From Candidatus Omnitrophota bacterium (GTDB lineage Bacteria; Omnitrophota; Gorgyraeia; 2-02-FULL-51-18): 64,000 nt of DNA. A model generated the notes under the pieces. The model ran no database searches, was not told the origin of the DNA, and saw only the letters and a program-made list of their open reading frames with translations. The stretch lies in contig JACPWF010000025.1 in the NCBI GenBank assembly GCA_016197155.1, positions 28,276 to 92,275 of the forward strand, given 5' to 3'. A program made the translations under genes and the position numbers. This document shows positions 35,399 through 45,328 of this stretch, one piece after another (the first letter of the stretch is position 1; every line of letters begins with the position of its first letter).

Positions 35399-35857
35399 TT
35401 AAAACGGCGCCTCTTCGGAGGATTTGGCTCCCGCTTCGGGGGCCTCTTCCAACTGGATCTCCGGCATTTCCTCGCGCGGGGCCTGCGCGGAGATGTCCGG
35501 CGCGTCCCCCCGGTCCTTGGTTTGGCCCGCGCCGCGCAAAAATTGCACGCTCTGCGCGATCACCTCGAGCGTGCTGCGCTTCTGGCCGTCGGGGCCGTCC
35601 CAACTGCGGCTCTGGAGGCGCCCCTCGACGAACGCGGGAGAGCCCTTTTTCATATATTCCCCGCAAGTTTCGGCCATGCGGCCCCACACCACGACGCGGA
35701 CAAAACTGACTTCCTCTTTTTTCTCGCCGGTCTGAAGTTTGTAAACGCGGTTCATTGCCAGCGTAAAACTCGCCACCGCCGAGCCGCTCGGGATGTACCG
35801 GAGCTCGGGGTCCCGCGTCAGGTTTCCGATGAGCAACACTTTATTGAGATTGGCCAT
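35399..35857 (-). CDS. ssb: single-stranded DNA-binding protein
   Basis: OB-fold MANLNKVLLIGNLTRDPELRYIPSGSAVASFTLA..., Gly/Pro-rich linker, acidic C-terminal tail ...EEAPF. Confidence 0.9.
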   Translation of the reverse strand: MANLNKVLLIGNLTRDPELRYIPSGSAVASFTLAMNRVYKLQTGEKKEEVSFVRVVVWGRMAETCGEYMKKGSPAFVEGRLQSRSWDGPDGQKRSTLEVIAQSVQFLRGAGQTKDRGDAPDISAQAPREEMPEIQLEEAPEAGAKSSEEAPF

Positions 35858-35872
35858 GTGAAGCGTCCTCCT

Positions 35873-36163
35873 TTAGAGCGCGTCCTTGTTCACCAAGAGA
35901 AAACGGAGCAGCCCGTCGTTCAGCCGCAGGGACTGCTCGAGTTTCTTGGTCTGATTGGAATCCATCTGAAAATTGAAAAGCACGTAGTGGCCTTCATGCT
36001 TTTTTTTGATCTTGTAGGCCAGCCGGCGCTTGCCCCATTCCTGCAGGCCGTCGACATGCCCGCCGTTTTTGGAAATGAGTTCCTGCACCTGCGCGACCAA
36101 CGATTTTGAGGCCTCGCCCGACAGATCGGGACTCAGGATGAAAACGCCTTCGTAATTTCTCAT
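35873..36163 (-). CDS. rpsF: 30S ribosomal protein S6
   Basis: MRNYEGVFILSPDLSGEASKSLVAQVQELI...; start at internal Met after the pth stop. Confidence 0.85.
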   Translation of the reverse strand: MRNYEGVFILSPDLSGEASKSLVAQVQELISKNGGHVDGLQEWGKRRLAYKIKKKHEGHYVLFNFQMDSNQTKKLEQSLRLNDGLLRFLLVNKDAL

Positions 36164-36177
36164 GAAAAGGACTCTCC

Positions 36178-36705
36178 TTATTCTTTTTCCTTCACCGATT
36201 GCAATTGACTCAAACGCTTCATCGCCGCGTCCCAACCGTCTTTCGCCCAGCTTTCGCAAACCGACGCGGCGTTTTTCACGATCCCCGGCAGTTCTTTTTT
36301 TTCGCCGGCGTCAAAACCTTCGAGCACGAAAGGGACGAGGTCCTTCGGCATGCGTTCATTTTTCACGCCGAGGCGCAGGCGCGCGAACGCCTCGGACCCG
36401 AGCGACTCGATCACCGACAAAAGCCCGTGATGCCCGCCCGCGCCCCCCGACGCGCGGAGCCGCATCTTTCCGAACGCGAGATTCACGTCGTCGCAGACCA
36501 CGAGAAGGTCTTTCAGGTCCGGCTTTTTCCGTTCGACGATCTCGCGGACCGCGCGGCCGGTGTCGTTGACAAAGGTGCCGGGCCTCACAAGCACCGTGTC
36601 TTTGGGCCCGAGTTTTTTCAGTTCATCGAGGACCCGGAAACCGATATTGTGACGCGTCTTCTCGTACTTTTTACCGGGATTGCCGATGCCAATGATAAAC
36701 TTCAA
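36178..36705 (-). CDS. pth: peptidyl-tRNA hydrolase
   Basis: (M)KFIIGIGNPGKKYEKTRHNIGFRVLDEL...; apparent TTG start codon. Confidence 0.9.
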   Translation of the reverse strand: MKFIIGIGNPGKKYEKTRHNIGFRVLDELKKLGPKDTVLVRPGTFVNDTGRAVREIVERKKPDLKDLLVVCDDVNLAFGKMRLRASGGAGGHHGLLSVIESLGSEAFARLRLGVKNERMPKDLVPFVLEGFDAGEKKELPGIVKNAASVCESWAKDGWDAAMKRLSQLQSVKEKE

Positions 36706-36727
36706 GAGAAAAAACCCACGAGAAAAC

Positions 36728-36850
36728 GGCTACCAGGATACCAGGAGACCGGGGCGCAGGACATCAGGAGACCAGATTATCAGGAATGTTTTGTCCCTGA
36801 TACCCTGATCATCTGATACCCTGCCTCCTGATAACCTGATCATCTGATTC
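36728..36850. repeat. dispersed intergenic hairpin repeat, copy 1 (ATCAGGA-array / CCTGATAACCTGAT element)
   Basis: The left arm carries 5-6 degenerate (A/C)YCAGGA(G/A) units, then a central T-run. The right arm carries complementary cctgataccctgatcatctgataccctgcctcctgataacctgat. It lies between rplY stop and pth start. Confidence 0.6.
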
Positions 36851-36856
36851 CCGCCC

Positions 36857-37549
36857 TTATGTTTGTTTCTTCTCCGCTTTGGGCTCTTCCTTTGGCTTCT
36901 CCGCGGCGGGAGCGCCCTCCTCTTCCTTCTTCTCGCGGATCACTTCGACTTCCGGCGTCTCGGCGGCGGCTTCCTCCGCTTTTTCTTCGATGTGGACCTG
37001 GACCTGGAACAAAAGCGCTTCGGGGTCGTTCAAAACTTTGAGCGTCTCCGGCAGGCGCAGGTCCTTCACGTGGATGGACTGATTGAGCTTGAGCCCGGAG
37101 ACGTCGACATCGATGTGTTTGGGGATGTCCGTCGGCAGGCACTGGATTTTAAGCTCGCGCAGGGGATGATCCAAAACGCCGCCTTCCTGTTTCACGCCGG
37201 CCGGCTCGCCCACCGCGCGGACCTCGACTTCGAGGGTGATCTTTTCCGTGAGCGAAATTTCGTTGAAATCGACGTGCAGGATCCCGCGCGTCACCGGATG
37301 ATGCTGGACTTCCTTGATGAGGACGGTGCGCGATTTCTTGGCGTTCTCAACGGATAAATGGATCAATAAATTTTCGGCGCCGGCGCCGCGGATGATTTTT
37401 GAAATTTCCCTTTCCGACAACGCCACCGAAACCGGCTCTTCGCCGCGGTGATACACCGTGCCCGGCACCGTGCCCTGCCCGCGGAGTTTTTTAACCGCCT
37501 GCTTGCCTTTGTCCTGTCTCACCGTCGCTTTTAATTTGATCTGTTCCAT
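36857..37549 (-). CDS. rplY: 50S ribosomal protein L25 / general stress protein Ctc
   Basis: MEQIKLKATVRQDKGKQAVKKLRGQGTVPGTVYHRGEEP...; acidic/lysine-rich C-terminal tail; 230 aa. Confidence 0.85.
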   Translation of the reverse strand: MEQIKLKATVRQDKGKQAVKKLRGQGTVPGTVYHRGEEPVSVALSEREISKIIRGAGAENLLIHLSVENAKKSRTVLIKEVQHHPVTRGILHVDFNEISLTEKITLEVEVRAVGEPAGVKQEGGVLDHPLRELKIQCLPTDIPKHIDVDVSGLKLNQSIHVKDLRLPETLKVLNDPEALLFQVQVHIEEKAEEAAAETPEVEVIREKKEEEGAPAAEKPKEEPKAEKKQT

Positions 37550-37568
37550 TTCTTTTCCTTTTTCTGTG

Positions 37569-38507
37569 TCAATTGAATAAACTGCTCACCGATTCTTCGT
37601 CGTGAATTCTCCGGATCGCCTCTCCCAGAAGCGGCGCCACGGACAACACTTTAAAAATGGGGTCTTTTTTATCCCCGAGCGGAATGCTGTCGGACACGAT
37701 GAATTCCTCGATCACCGATTTTTTAATCCGCTCGATTGCCGGGCCCGACAACACCGCGTGCGAAACCGCCGCGAAGATCCTGAGGGCGCCCGCTTTTTTG
37801 ATCGCCGCGGCCGCCTCGCAGATGGAGCTGGCGGTCGCCACGAGGTCGTCGATGATCACGATATTTTTCTTTTTCACGTCGCCCAAAATGTTCATCGCCT
37901 CGATGCTGCGGTCGTCGATGCGCCGTTTGTCGACGATCGCCAGATTCGCGTTCAGCCGTTTGGCGTACGCGCGCGCCATCTTGATCCCGCCCACGTCGGG
38001 CGAGGCGACGACGAGATTTTTTATTTTTTTCTTCTCAAAATAATCCATCACCGTGTTCACCGCGAACAGGTGATCCATCGGGATGTCGAAAAATCCCTGG
38101 ATTTGGCTGGCGTGCAGATCCATCGTGAGGATCCGGTCGGCGCCGGCCGTCGTCAAAAGGTTTGCGACAAGCTTCGCGGTGATCGGCACCCGCGGCTGGT
38201 CTTTGCGGTCCTGGCGCGCGTAGCCGAAATACGGGATCACCGCCGTGATGCGCCGCGCCGAGGCGCGCCTCATCGCGTCGATGAGGATGAGAAGCTCCAT
38301 CAGGTTGTTGTTCGTCGGCGGACAGGTGGGCTGGACGATGAACACGTCGCGGCCCCGCACGTCCTCGTTGATCTTGACGCGGATCTCGCCCTCGCTGAAC
38401 GTCGACACGAGCGCGTCGCCGAGCGGCGTTTTTAAAACCTTCGCGATCTTTTGGGCCAGTTCCGGATTCGCGTTTCCCGAAAATATTTTAAGTTCGCCGT
38501 TATGCAC
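37569..38507 (-). CDS. prs: ribose-phosphate pyrophosphokinase
   Basis: PRPP synthetase pattern (KIFSGNANPELAQKIAK..., DLHASQIQGFFDIPMDHL, PRPP-binding loop VDDLVATASS). Confidence 0.9.
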   Translation of the reverse strand: MHNGELKIFSGNANPELAQKIAKVLKTPLGDALVSTFSEGEIRVKINEDVRGRDVFIVQPTCPPTNNNLMELLILIDAMRRASARRITAVIPYFGYARQDRKDQPRVPITAKLVANLLTTAGADRILTMDLHASQIQGFFDIPMDHLFAVNTVMDYFEKKKIKNLVVASPDVGGIKMARAYAKRLNANLAIVDKRRIDDRSIEAMNILGDVKKKNIVIIDDLVATASSICEAAAAIKKAGALRIFAAVSHAVLSGPAIERIKKSVIEEFIVSDSIPLGDKKDPIFKVLSVAPLLGEAIRRIHDEESVSSLFN

Positions 38508-38523
38508 GCTTCTCTCCCAGCTT

Positions 38524-39828
38524 CTAGCTTCTAACTTTTAACTTTCTCGCCGGCACTCCCACAACCACCACACGGTCCGGCACGTTTTTTCCCTTCGTGA
38601 CCACCGCCCCCGCGCCGGTCTTGGCGGAGCGGCCCACCGTCACCGGCGCCACGAGCACCGTGCCGCTTCCGATTTCGGCGCCGTCCTTGATGACGGTTTT
38701 GTGTTTTTTCCGGCCGTCGTAATTGGCGGTGATCGTGCCCGCGCCGATATTGACCGACGAACCGATCGCGGCGTCGCCCACGTAGCTCAAATGTTTCACA
38801 AGCGTCTTTTTGCCGATCACCGAGCGCGTCACTTCCACGAAATTTCCGATCACGCTTCCGTCGCCGATCCGCGAGCCGCCGCGGACGCGCGCGAACGGGC
38901 CGATCACGCAGTTTTTGCCGATCACCGAACCTTCCTCGATCACCACGTGCGGTAAAACGACCGTGCCCGCGCCGATCACCACACCCTCGTCGATCCATGT
39001 GGTCTTTGGGTCGCGGATCCGCACCCCGTTTTCGATGTGTCTATTCAAAATTTTTTGTTCCATCATCGCCTCGATCCGGACCAGGTCGCTTGGCGTGTTC
39101 ACCCCGAGTGTTTCTTCCCGGTCGGAGGCGACCACCGCGCGCACCTTCCCGTTTTTAGCCAAAATTCCGACCGCGTCCGTCAAATAATATTCATGCTTCG
39201 CGGCATTGACCGAAACCTCGCCCAGCGCCCGGAAAAGCGGGGCGGCCTTAAACACATAACAGCCGACGTTGATCTCGCGGATCTTTTTTTCTTCGGCGGA
39301 GGCGTCGTTTTCTTCGATGATCTTTCGCACCGAGCCGTCCGCGGCCCTTTGAATCCGCCCATACCCCAAGGGATTTTCGCTCTCCACCGCCAAAAGCGTG
39401 CAATCCGTCCCGTGCCGGCCGTGATCCGCGACGAGCTCTCCCAGGGTCTTCGCGGTAACCAGAGGCGTGTCGCAGTACAAAACAAGCACCGAACCGTCAA
39501 ATCCGGAGAGCGCCGCGCGGGCCTGACTCACGGCATGCCCGCTGCCGAGCTGTTTTTTTTGATGGACAAGGGCCGTCGAGCCGTTCAAAAAATTCCTCAC
39601 TTCGCCGATCCGGTGGCCCGCGACCACCACGGTTTTTCGCGCGCCAAACGCGCGCGCGGCGTTCAAAAGAAATTCCACCATCGGCCGCCCGCAGATCGGT
39701 TCGAGCGCCTTGGGGCCGTCCGACTTGAGACGCGCGCCGCGCCCCGCGGCCAAAATGACCGCCGCCAGCGGTGAGCGCGGTCGAACCGCCAGCCTAGGCG
39801 ATCTTTTTCTCTTCAACTTTTTTTTCAA
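38524..39828 (-). CDS. glmU: bifunctional UDP-N-acetylglucosamine pyrophosphorylase / glucosamine-1-phosphate N-acetyltransferase
   Basis: [16 protein letters not shown] nucleotidyltransferase N-terminus and C-terminal hexapeptide-repeat acetyltransferase. Start may be a GTG near 39786 rather than the ATG overlapping clpX. Confidence 0.85.
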   Translation of the reverse strand: MKKKLKRKRSPRLAVRPRSPLAAVILAAGRGARLKSDGPKALEPICGRPMVEFLLNAARAFGARKTVVVAGHRIGEVRNFLNGSTALVHQKKQLGSGHAVSQARAALSGFDGSVLVLYCDTPLVTAKTLGELVADHGRHGTDCTLLAVESENPLGYGRIQRAADGSVRKIIEENDASAEEKKIREINVGCYVFKAAPLFRALGEVSVNAAKHEYYLTDAVGILAKNGKVRAVVASDREETLGVNTPSDLVRIEAMMEQKILNRHIENGVRIRDPKTTWIDEGVVIGAGTVVLPHVVIEEGSVIGKNCVIGPFARVRGGSRIGDGSVIGNFVEVTRSVIGKKTLVKHLSYVGDAAIGSSVNIGAGTITANYDGRKKHKTVIKDGAEIGSGTVLVAPVTVGRSAKTGAGAVVTKGKNVPDRVVVVGVPARKLKVRS

Positions 39829-41041
39829 TGAACAAAGGCTTCTGCCGTCCGAGAACGACGGGGCCGTCGATCACGCATTCGGCGATCCCCTCCATCGACG
39901 GCAGGTCGTACATCACGTCGAGCATCAGCGTCTCCAGGATCGCGCGCAGGCCCCGCGCGCCCGTTTTCTTTTTCATCGCCTCGCGGACGATTTCCAAGAG
40001 CGCCTCGTCGGTGAAAGTGAGCCGCACGCCCTCCATTTCAAAAAATTTCTGAAATTGCCGGACGAGCGCGTTTTTTGGCTTCACCAAAATGTCCAGAAGG
40101 TCTTTTTCACCGAGCGGCCGGAGCGCGGCGATGACCGGAAACCGGCCGACGAATTCCGGGATCATTCCAAACTGCACGAGGTCCTCGGTCTGGACCAGAT
40201 CCGTGAGAAATCGGCCGGGTCCGACGGCCGGCGCGGGCCCGTGATGGGCCGAAAAACCGATACTGCGCTTGCCGAGCCTTTTTTCAATGATTTGATCGAG
40301 GTGACTGAAGGTCCCGCCGCAGATGAAGAGGATGTGGGTCGTGTCCACCTGGACGGTTTCGGTCTGGGGGTGTTTGCGTCCGCCCTGGGGCGGGACGCTG
40401 GCCTTGGTGCCTTCCAAAATTTTTAAAAGCGCCTGCTGGACGCCTTCGCCCGAGACGTCGCGCGTGATGGAGACATTGTCGGAAGTTTTGCCGATCTTGT
40501 CGATCTCATCAATGTAAACAATGCCGGCCTGCGCGCGCTCGACGCTGTGCTGGGCATCCTGGAGGAGTCGGACGATCACGTTCTCGACGTCCTCCCCGAC
40601 GTAACCGGCTTGGGTGAGCGTCGTCGCGTCGCAGATCGCGAACGGCACCTTTAAAATCCGCGCGAGTGTGCGCGCCAAAAGCGTTTTTCCGGAGCCCGTG
40701 GGGCCGATCAAAAGGACGTTTGATTTTTCAAGCTCCACGTCGCGCGCGTCGACGGGCGAAAACACACGCTTGTAGTGATTGTACACGCTCACCGAAAGCT
40801 GTTTTTTGGTCTGGTCCTGGCCGATGACGTATTCATCGAGAATTTTTTTGATTTCGGCGGGCTTGGGCAGGTTCACGACCGGCTCGGGGGCTTTTTTGGC
40901 GCCGTCTTTTTCGCGGGAGATCACCTGACCGCAAAATTTGACGCATTCCTCGCAGATAAAAACGTCCGGCCCCGAAAAAAGCTTCTCATCGCTTTTCACG
41001 AGCTTCTGGCAGAACGAACACTTTTGAATCGTCGGTTTCAT
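39794..41041 (-). CDS. clpX: ATP-dependent Clp protease ATP-binding subunit ClpX
   Basis: Zinc-finger CSFCQK...CEEC, Walker A GPTGSGKT, sensor and LGF-loop context; 415 aa. Confidence 0.9.
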   Translation of the reverse strand: MKPTIQKCSFCQKLVKSDEKLFSGPDVFICEECVKFCGQVISREKDGAKKAPEPVVNLPKPAEIKKILDEYVIGQDQTKKQLSVSVYNHYKRVFSPVDARDVELEKSNVLLIGPTGSGKTLLARTLARILKVPFAICDATTLTQAGYVGEDVENVIVRLLQDAQHSVERAQAGIVYIDEIDKIGKTSDNVSITRDVSGEGVQQALLKILEGTKASVPPQGGRKHPQTETVQVDTTHILFICGGTFSHLDQIIEKRLGKRSIGFSAHHGPAPAVGPGRFLTDLVQTEDLVQFGMIPEFVGRFPVIAALRPLGEKDLLDILVKPKNALVRQFQKFFEMEGVRLTFTDEALLEIVREAMKKKTGARGLRAILETLMLDVMYDLPSMEGIAECVIDGPVVLGRQKPLFIEKKVEEKKIA

Positions 41042-41376
41042 TAGTTTTTATCTTTAATGACTAAAATCTGTTTTTTTAAAATGGGTAATTTATGCCTGAC
41101 AATGTCCCACACTACTTCCAAATCAATCCCGAAATATTCATGGGCCAAAATGTCTCTCAGACCGCCGATTTTTCTCCACTCCACCTCGGGATGTTTCTTC
41201 CGGGTCTGTTGGGGAATGTTTTTCGACGCTTCGCCCAAAATCTCGAGATTACGAACAACCCCGTCAATAACCAATTCGTCTCTTTTTAACTGCCGGAGGG
41301 TCTTGCCTCCAGTATATTTTTCAATCCGTTGGATGGCCTCCAGCATGTCATCCAAATATAAATCATGATCACGCAT
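41041..41376 (-). CDS. hepT: HepT-like (DUF86) RNase toxin of a HepT/MntA toxin-antitoxin pair
   Basis: Rx4HxY motif RDILAHEY; 111 aa; overlaps mntA-like gene by 8 nt. Confidence 0.7.
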   Translation of the reverse strand: MRDHDLYLDDMLEAIQRIEKYTGGKTLRQLKRDELVIDGVVRNLEILGEASKNIPQQTRKKHPEVEWRKIGGLRDILAHEYFGIDLEVVWDIVRHKLPILKKQILVIKDKN

Positions 41377-41662
41377 ACTGAACTTCGGACAGCACCTGTT
41401 TTTTGATTTTCTGTTTCAGGGCCTCCTTGATGACCAGGTCGACTTTCCTGTGAAAAACCTTCTCCAAATAAAATTTAAGCCCGATATAGTTGTCAAACGT
41501 CTTTGTGCCTTTGTTGAATTCCACGATCACGTCAATATCGCTCCCGGGACGCTGATCCGAGTGAGAAAATGAACCAAAAATGCCCATTTTTTTGACGCCA
41601 AAAGCCCCGATTTCTTCAGAGCATTGTTTTATCGTTTTTAATATTTTATCTTTTGTAAGCAT
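41369..41662 (-). CDS. mntA: MntA-like minimal nucleotidyltransferase antitoxin
   Basis: GSX10DXD motif [18 protein letters not shown]; 97 aa. Confidence 0.7.
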   Translation of the reverse strand: MLTKDKILKTIKQCSEEIGAFGVKKMGIFGSFSHSDQRPGSDIDVIVEFNKGTKTFDNYIGLKFYLEKVFHRKVDLVIKEALKQKIKKQVLSEVQYA

Positions 41663-41694
41663 TTTCGCTTGTTCCTTGTAAATGCAAAGAAGAA

Positions 41695-41765
41695 CTGCCC
41701 CGCTAGGATTCGAACCTAGACAATCGCCTCCAAAGGGCGGTGTGCTACCATTACACCACAGGGCA
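41695..41765 (-). tRNA. tRNA-Gln (anticodon UUG)
   Basis: Reverse complement UGCCCUGUGGUGUAAUGGUAGCACACCGCCCUUUGGAGGCGAUUGUCUAGGUUCGAAUCCUAGCGGGGCAG; U1-A72 acceptor start typical of tRNA-Gln; anticodon loop CUUUGGA. Confidence 0.7.
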
Positions 41766-41770
41766 ATGCG

Positions 41771-42625
41771 TCAGTAAGTTGATGTTACAAACACCTGCCA
41801 CCCTTTGCGTTTTCTAAAAAAACGAGAGGCTCGAAACGCGGCGGCCATGGAACCGAAAACTCCAAAAACCGAAGAACCACTGCCGGACATGAGGCTGGCC
41901 ATGGCGCCCTGGTTTTTCAAACTTTCCTTTATTTCAAAAATTGTCTTAACTCTTTTATTAAGAGAGAGTTCCAGACTATTGGCCAAGAGTTTGGAGAGCG
42001 TCCCCACATCACCCTTTTGAATAGAATGGAGGAGCATTTTAGCATCGGGTTTTTGGGGTGTCAAGTGCCGCGTCTTTAAGGCCCCGTATGCCGCTTTCGT
42101 GGAAATCCCGAATGGCGGTTTCACCAGACAATGCCAAATCCGCCGGCCATGCGCGGGGATGCGTTTTAAAATTTCCCCCCTCCCCCGGCCGAGCGCGAAG
42201 GAAGTCTCGAGCACAAAAAAAGGAACGTCACTGCCCAGCTCGAAAGCCAGTTCCCGAAGTTTCTTTTTTGAAAGATGAAGCCGCCAAAGACGGTTCAGGC
42301 CCAAAAGCACGGCCGCCGCGTCGCTCGAGCCGCCGCCAAGGCCCGCCGCGACGGGGATTTTTTTTTCAAGTTTAATGAAAACGCCTTTTCGGACGCCGGT
42401 GTGTGCGCGCAAAAGCGCGGCCGCGCGAAAGGCGAGATTTTCCGGGCCGCTTGGAATTTTGGGATCGGAGCATTCGAGTTTGATCCCGGATTTCCGCGGC
42501 GAAAGGGTGAGGGTGTCGCAAAGCGACACGCGTTCAAAGAGGGTTTCGATCTCGTGGGTGCCGTCCGGCCGCCGGCGTCTCACGTTTAAAAAGAGGTTGA
42601 TCTTTGCCGGGGCCCGGATTTTCAA
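41771..42625 (-). CDS. ispE: 4-diphosphocytidyl-2-C-methyl-D-erythritol kinase
   Basis: GHMP kinase motif PVAAGLGGGSSDAAAVL, N-terminal KINLFLNV; 284 aa. Confidence 0.85.
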   Translation of the reverse strand: MKIRAPAKINLFLNVRRRRPDGTHEIETLFERVSLCDTLTLSPRKSGIKLECSDPKIPSGPENLAFRAAALLRAHTGVRKGVFIKLEKKIPVAAGLGGGSSDAAAVLLGLNRLWRLHLSKKKLRELAFELGSDVPFFVLETSFALGRGRGEILKRIPAHGRRIWHCLVKPPFGISTKAAYGALKTRHLTPQKPDAKMLLHSIQKGDVGTLSKLLANSLELSLNKRVKTIFEIKESLKNQGAMASLMSGSGSSVFGVFGSMAAAFRASRFFRKRKGWQVFVTSTY

Positions 42626-43530
42626 TTCTTCTCGGCCGCGGCCTCGGTGGCGGACGGGGAGACGCCAAAAAGTTTAAAGGCGTCCCGGACCGACTGCGAT
42701 TCGGTGAGGTACCGGTCGAGAATTTCCTGATCGGTGATCCGCTTGGCCTGATAATTCAGAACCGTCTCTTTGTCCAGAGTGAGTTTTTGCCGGTTCAGGT
42801 AATCCTGGATTTCGATCGCGCCGTAGTCCGTAAACCCGTAATCCTTCAGAACGCCCGAGGCCGTGTGAAAAATGTCGAGCATGGTTTTGTGCGGATTCTC
42901 CTCCTGCAGGGACAGGGTCGAAAAACGGAACACGCGCTCTCCATGAGAGGCGTCGAACGATCCCTCGATCAATACAAACCGGCTGCTTGTCTCCTCGGCG
43001 TCCTCGCGGGATTCCCTGGCAAAACCCAGCCGCACGCGCTGGGCGATCTGTTCGGCCAAAAAATCTTCAAGCTTCACTTCCTTCAAAATAAAATTGCCGT
43101 TTCCGCGCCCGACCGGCCGGTACTTGCCCTGGCGGAACACGGTGCGGTTGATGGATTCCTCGATCCCGATCGCGTCGGCGTTCGCGCGTTTGGTGTCGTC
43201 GAGAGACCGGAGGATCACCAGTTCATTCAGATACTTTCGGTCGCGCACGATCACTTCGCAGAAATCGATCGCCAGGTCCGTCGAGAGCGCCACGCGCGTC
43301 ACCGCCTGCATCACCTGCCCCATTTTTTCGTGGACCGCGCGCGGAATCTGGCCCTTGGCGTCGAGGAGGTCGTTGATGGACAAAAGCGCCCCGACGGTTT
43401 TGCCCGCCACTCGCGCTTTGACGGCAAGATTATTTTCCTTTAGACAAATGTCCTGAATCGACTGGGGAACGGTGTTCGCGGGGTAGGTGTAATCCGGGCC
43501 GCAACCGGAGACAAAAAACGCGCCCGCGAG
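42622..43530 (-). CDS. hypothetical lipoprotein
   Basis: Lipobox LAGAFFVSGC near the N-terminus. Start codon uncertain (no in-frame ATG after the ftsH stop; probable TTG). ATGA overlap with ispE start. Confidence 0.4.
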   Translation of the reverse strand, partial: LAGAFFVSGCGPDYTYPANTVPQSIQDICLKENNLAVKARVAGKTVGALLSINDLLDAKGQIPRAVHEKMGQVMQAVTRVALSTDLAIDFCEVIVRDRKYLNELVILRSLDDTKRANADAIGIEESINRTVFRQGKYRPVGRGNGNFILKEVKLEDFLAEQIAQRVRLGFARESREDAEETSSRFVLIEGSFDASHGERVFRFSTLSLQEENPHKTMLDIFHTASGVLKDYGFTDYGAIEIQDYLNRQKLTLDKETVLNYQAKRITDQEILDRYLTESQSVRDAFKLFGVSPSATEAAAEKN

Positions 43531-43570
43531 AAATGACCGCAAAAGAAAAAGGCGCGTTTTTGAACAAAAA

Positions 43571-45217
43571 TTACTTATTGGGACCGCCCTTGGGAACGTA
43601 TTTCGACGCGACGCGGGGATTGGATTTCCCGTATTCCTTGAAGATCGCTTCGATCTCGTCATAATCCAGCTCTTTTTTCTCAATGAGTTCCTGCGCGAAC
43701 CGATCAAAGATCACGTGTTCTTTTTTGAGGAGATCCTCGACCTGCCTCATGCAGGACTGGATGATCTCGTGCGTCTCCGCGTTCAGTTTGTCCTTCACAC
43801 TGCCCGAGAGCTGATCGGCCGGAATGCTCGTGTAGTCTCCGAGCGACTCGGTCTTGCCCATGCCGAGGCTCCACACCATGTAATGCGCGAGTCTCATCGC
43901 GTGCTGGAAGTCGCTCGAGACACCGCTCGAGGTCACGCCGAATTTCACCTTTTCGGCCACGTAACCGGCGATGAGGACGCAGATCTGCGCGACAAACCAG
44001 TCGCGGTTGCGGAACATCTCGTCCTCTTTCGGCAGGGAATACGTCACCCCGCCCGCGGGACCCCGCGGGATGATCGACGCCTTGAAGACATCGTCGGTCG
44101 GATGCATGAGATAGGTCACGATCACGTGCCCCGTTTCGTGGTAGGCGGTGATCTGCATTTCTTTTTCGCTGACTTTGCGGTTTTTCTTTAACCCCAGATC
44201 GATGCGTTCCATCGCTTCGGAGAGATGCTGGGCCAAGACCTTGTCCTGCTTCGAGCGCGTGGCGATGAGGGCGGCTTCTTTGGTGATATTGGCGATGTCC
44301 GCGGGGCTTTTGCGGACGGCCTTTCGCGCGAAACGCGCGACATCGATCGATTCGTCAAATTTGATCTTGGATAAATAATAATGGAAAAGCGCCTCGCGCT
44401 CCTCGAGGTCCGGACGGTCCACGAAAATTTTACGGTCGAACCGGCCGGGACGCAGGAGCGCCTCGTCCAGCGTGTCCTCGGCGGCGTTCGTGGCGCCGAT
44501 CACGATCACGTTTTCGTCTTTTTCTTTCAGGCCGTCCATCTCGGCGAGCAATTGGTTCTGGGTGGAGTTGGTTTCTTCGGTCCCGCCGAACGCGGAAAAA
44601 ACGCGCTTGCGGCCGACCGCGTCGATTTCATCGAGGAACACGATGCACCCGCCCTCGGCATAGGCCAGGCGGCGCGCCTTTTGAAAAAGCTGTCTCACGC
44701 GCGAGGCGCCGACGCCGACAAACACCTCCACAAACTCCGAACCCGACATGGAAATGAAGGGGATCCCCGCCTCGGTCGCGACTGCCTTCGCCAGATACGT
44801 CTTCCCGCATCCGGGAGGGCCCATCATGAGCATCCCGCGGATGATGTTGCCGCCGATTTTTTTGATGCGCGCGCGGTCTTGAATGAGTTCGACGAGCTCC
44901 CGCGCCTCCATCTTCGCGGCCTCCATGCCGATGACGTCCTTCCAATGGATATTGACGCCCTCGCTTTTGACCTGCCTTTTCTTCAGTTTTTGAAGGCCGC
45001 CCTGAAGCACCCAGGCGTAGAGCACGACGAAAATGACGGCACTAATGGTCGCCTGGAGTCCCATCGTCGACAGCCAGGCCACCATGTACGAACGCTGGTA
45101 CGAATCAATGGAGCGCAGGGCCGCGACCGGGATCCAGAAAATGAAGACGACCCAGGCGACCACCACGATCTTGACCCAGTGATTCCACCAAAATAATTTT
45201 AACTTTCTCCAGAACAT
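43571..45217 (-). CDS. ftsH: FtsH-family ATP-dependent zinc metalloprotease (compact form)
   Basis: Two N-terminal TM helices with almost no periplasmic loop, AAA module (GPPGCGKT, DEIDAVG), zinc motif HETGHVIV; 548 aa. Confidence 0.85.
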   Translation of the reverse strand: MFWRKLKLFWWNHWVKIVVVAWVVFIFWIPVAALRSIDSYQRSYMVAWLSTMGLQATISAVIFVVLYAWVLQGGLQKLKKRQVKSEGVNIHWKDVIGMEAAKMEARELVELIQDRARIKKIGGNIIRGMLMMGPPGCGKTYLAKAVATEAGIPFISMSGSEFVEVFVGVGASRVRQLFQKARRLAYAEGGCIVFLDEIDAVGRKRVFSAFGGTEETNSTQNQLLAEMDGLKEKDENVIVIGATNAAEDTLDEALLRPGRFDRKIFVDRPDLEEREALFHYYLSKIKFDESIDVARFARKAVRKSPADIANITKEAALIATRSKQDKVLAQHLSEAMERIDLGLKKNRKVSEKEMQITAYHETGHVIVTYLMHPTDDVFKASIIPRGPAGGVTYSLPKEDEMFRNRDWFVAQICVLIAGYVAEKVKFGVTSSGVSSDFQHAMRLAHYMVWSLGMGKTESLGDYTSIPADQLSGSVKDKLNAETHEIIQSCMRQVEDLLKKEHVIFDRFAQELIEKKELDYDEIEAIFKEYGKSNPRVASKYVPKGGPNK

Positions 45218-45328
45218 TTTACCGCTCTCTTTTCTTATGCCTGTCGCGACGCCGTCTCTTTTTCCTTTTATGGACGGCCATCTTGTGGCGCTTTCGTTTT
45301 CGACCGCAAGGCATGCGTCAGTCTCCTC

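Noticed and set aside
36728-36850. ATCAGGA repeat elements as rho-independent terminators
   Set aside because: The T-run is in the hairpin loop rather than following the stem on either strand, and the elements sit between co-transcribed genes; they may still be RNA-stabilising hairpins.
39794-41041. clpX without adjacent clpP as evidence of gene loss
   Set aside because: clpP can be encoded elsewhere; nothing in the window supports a claim.
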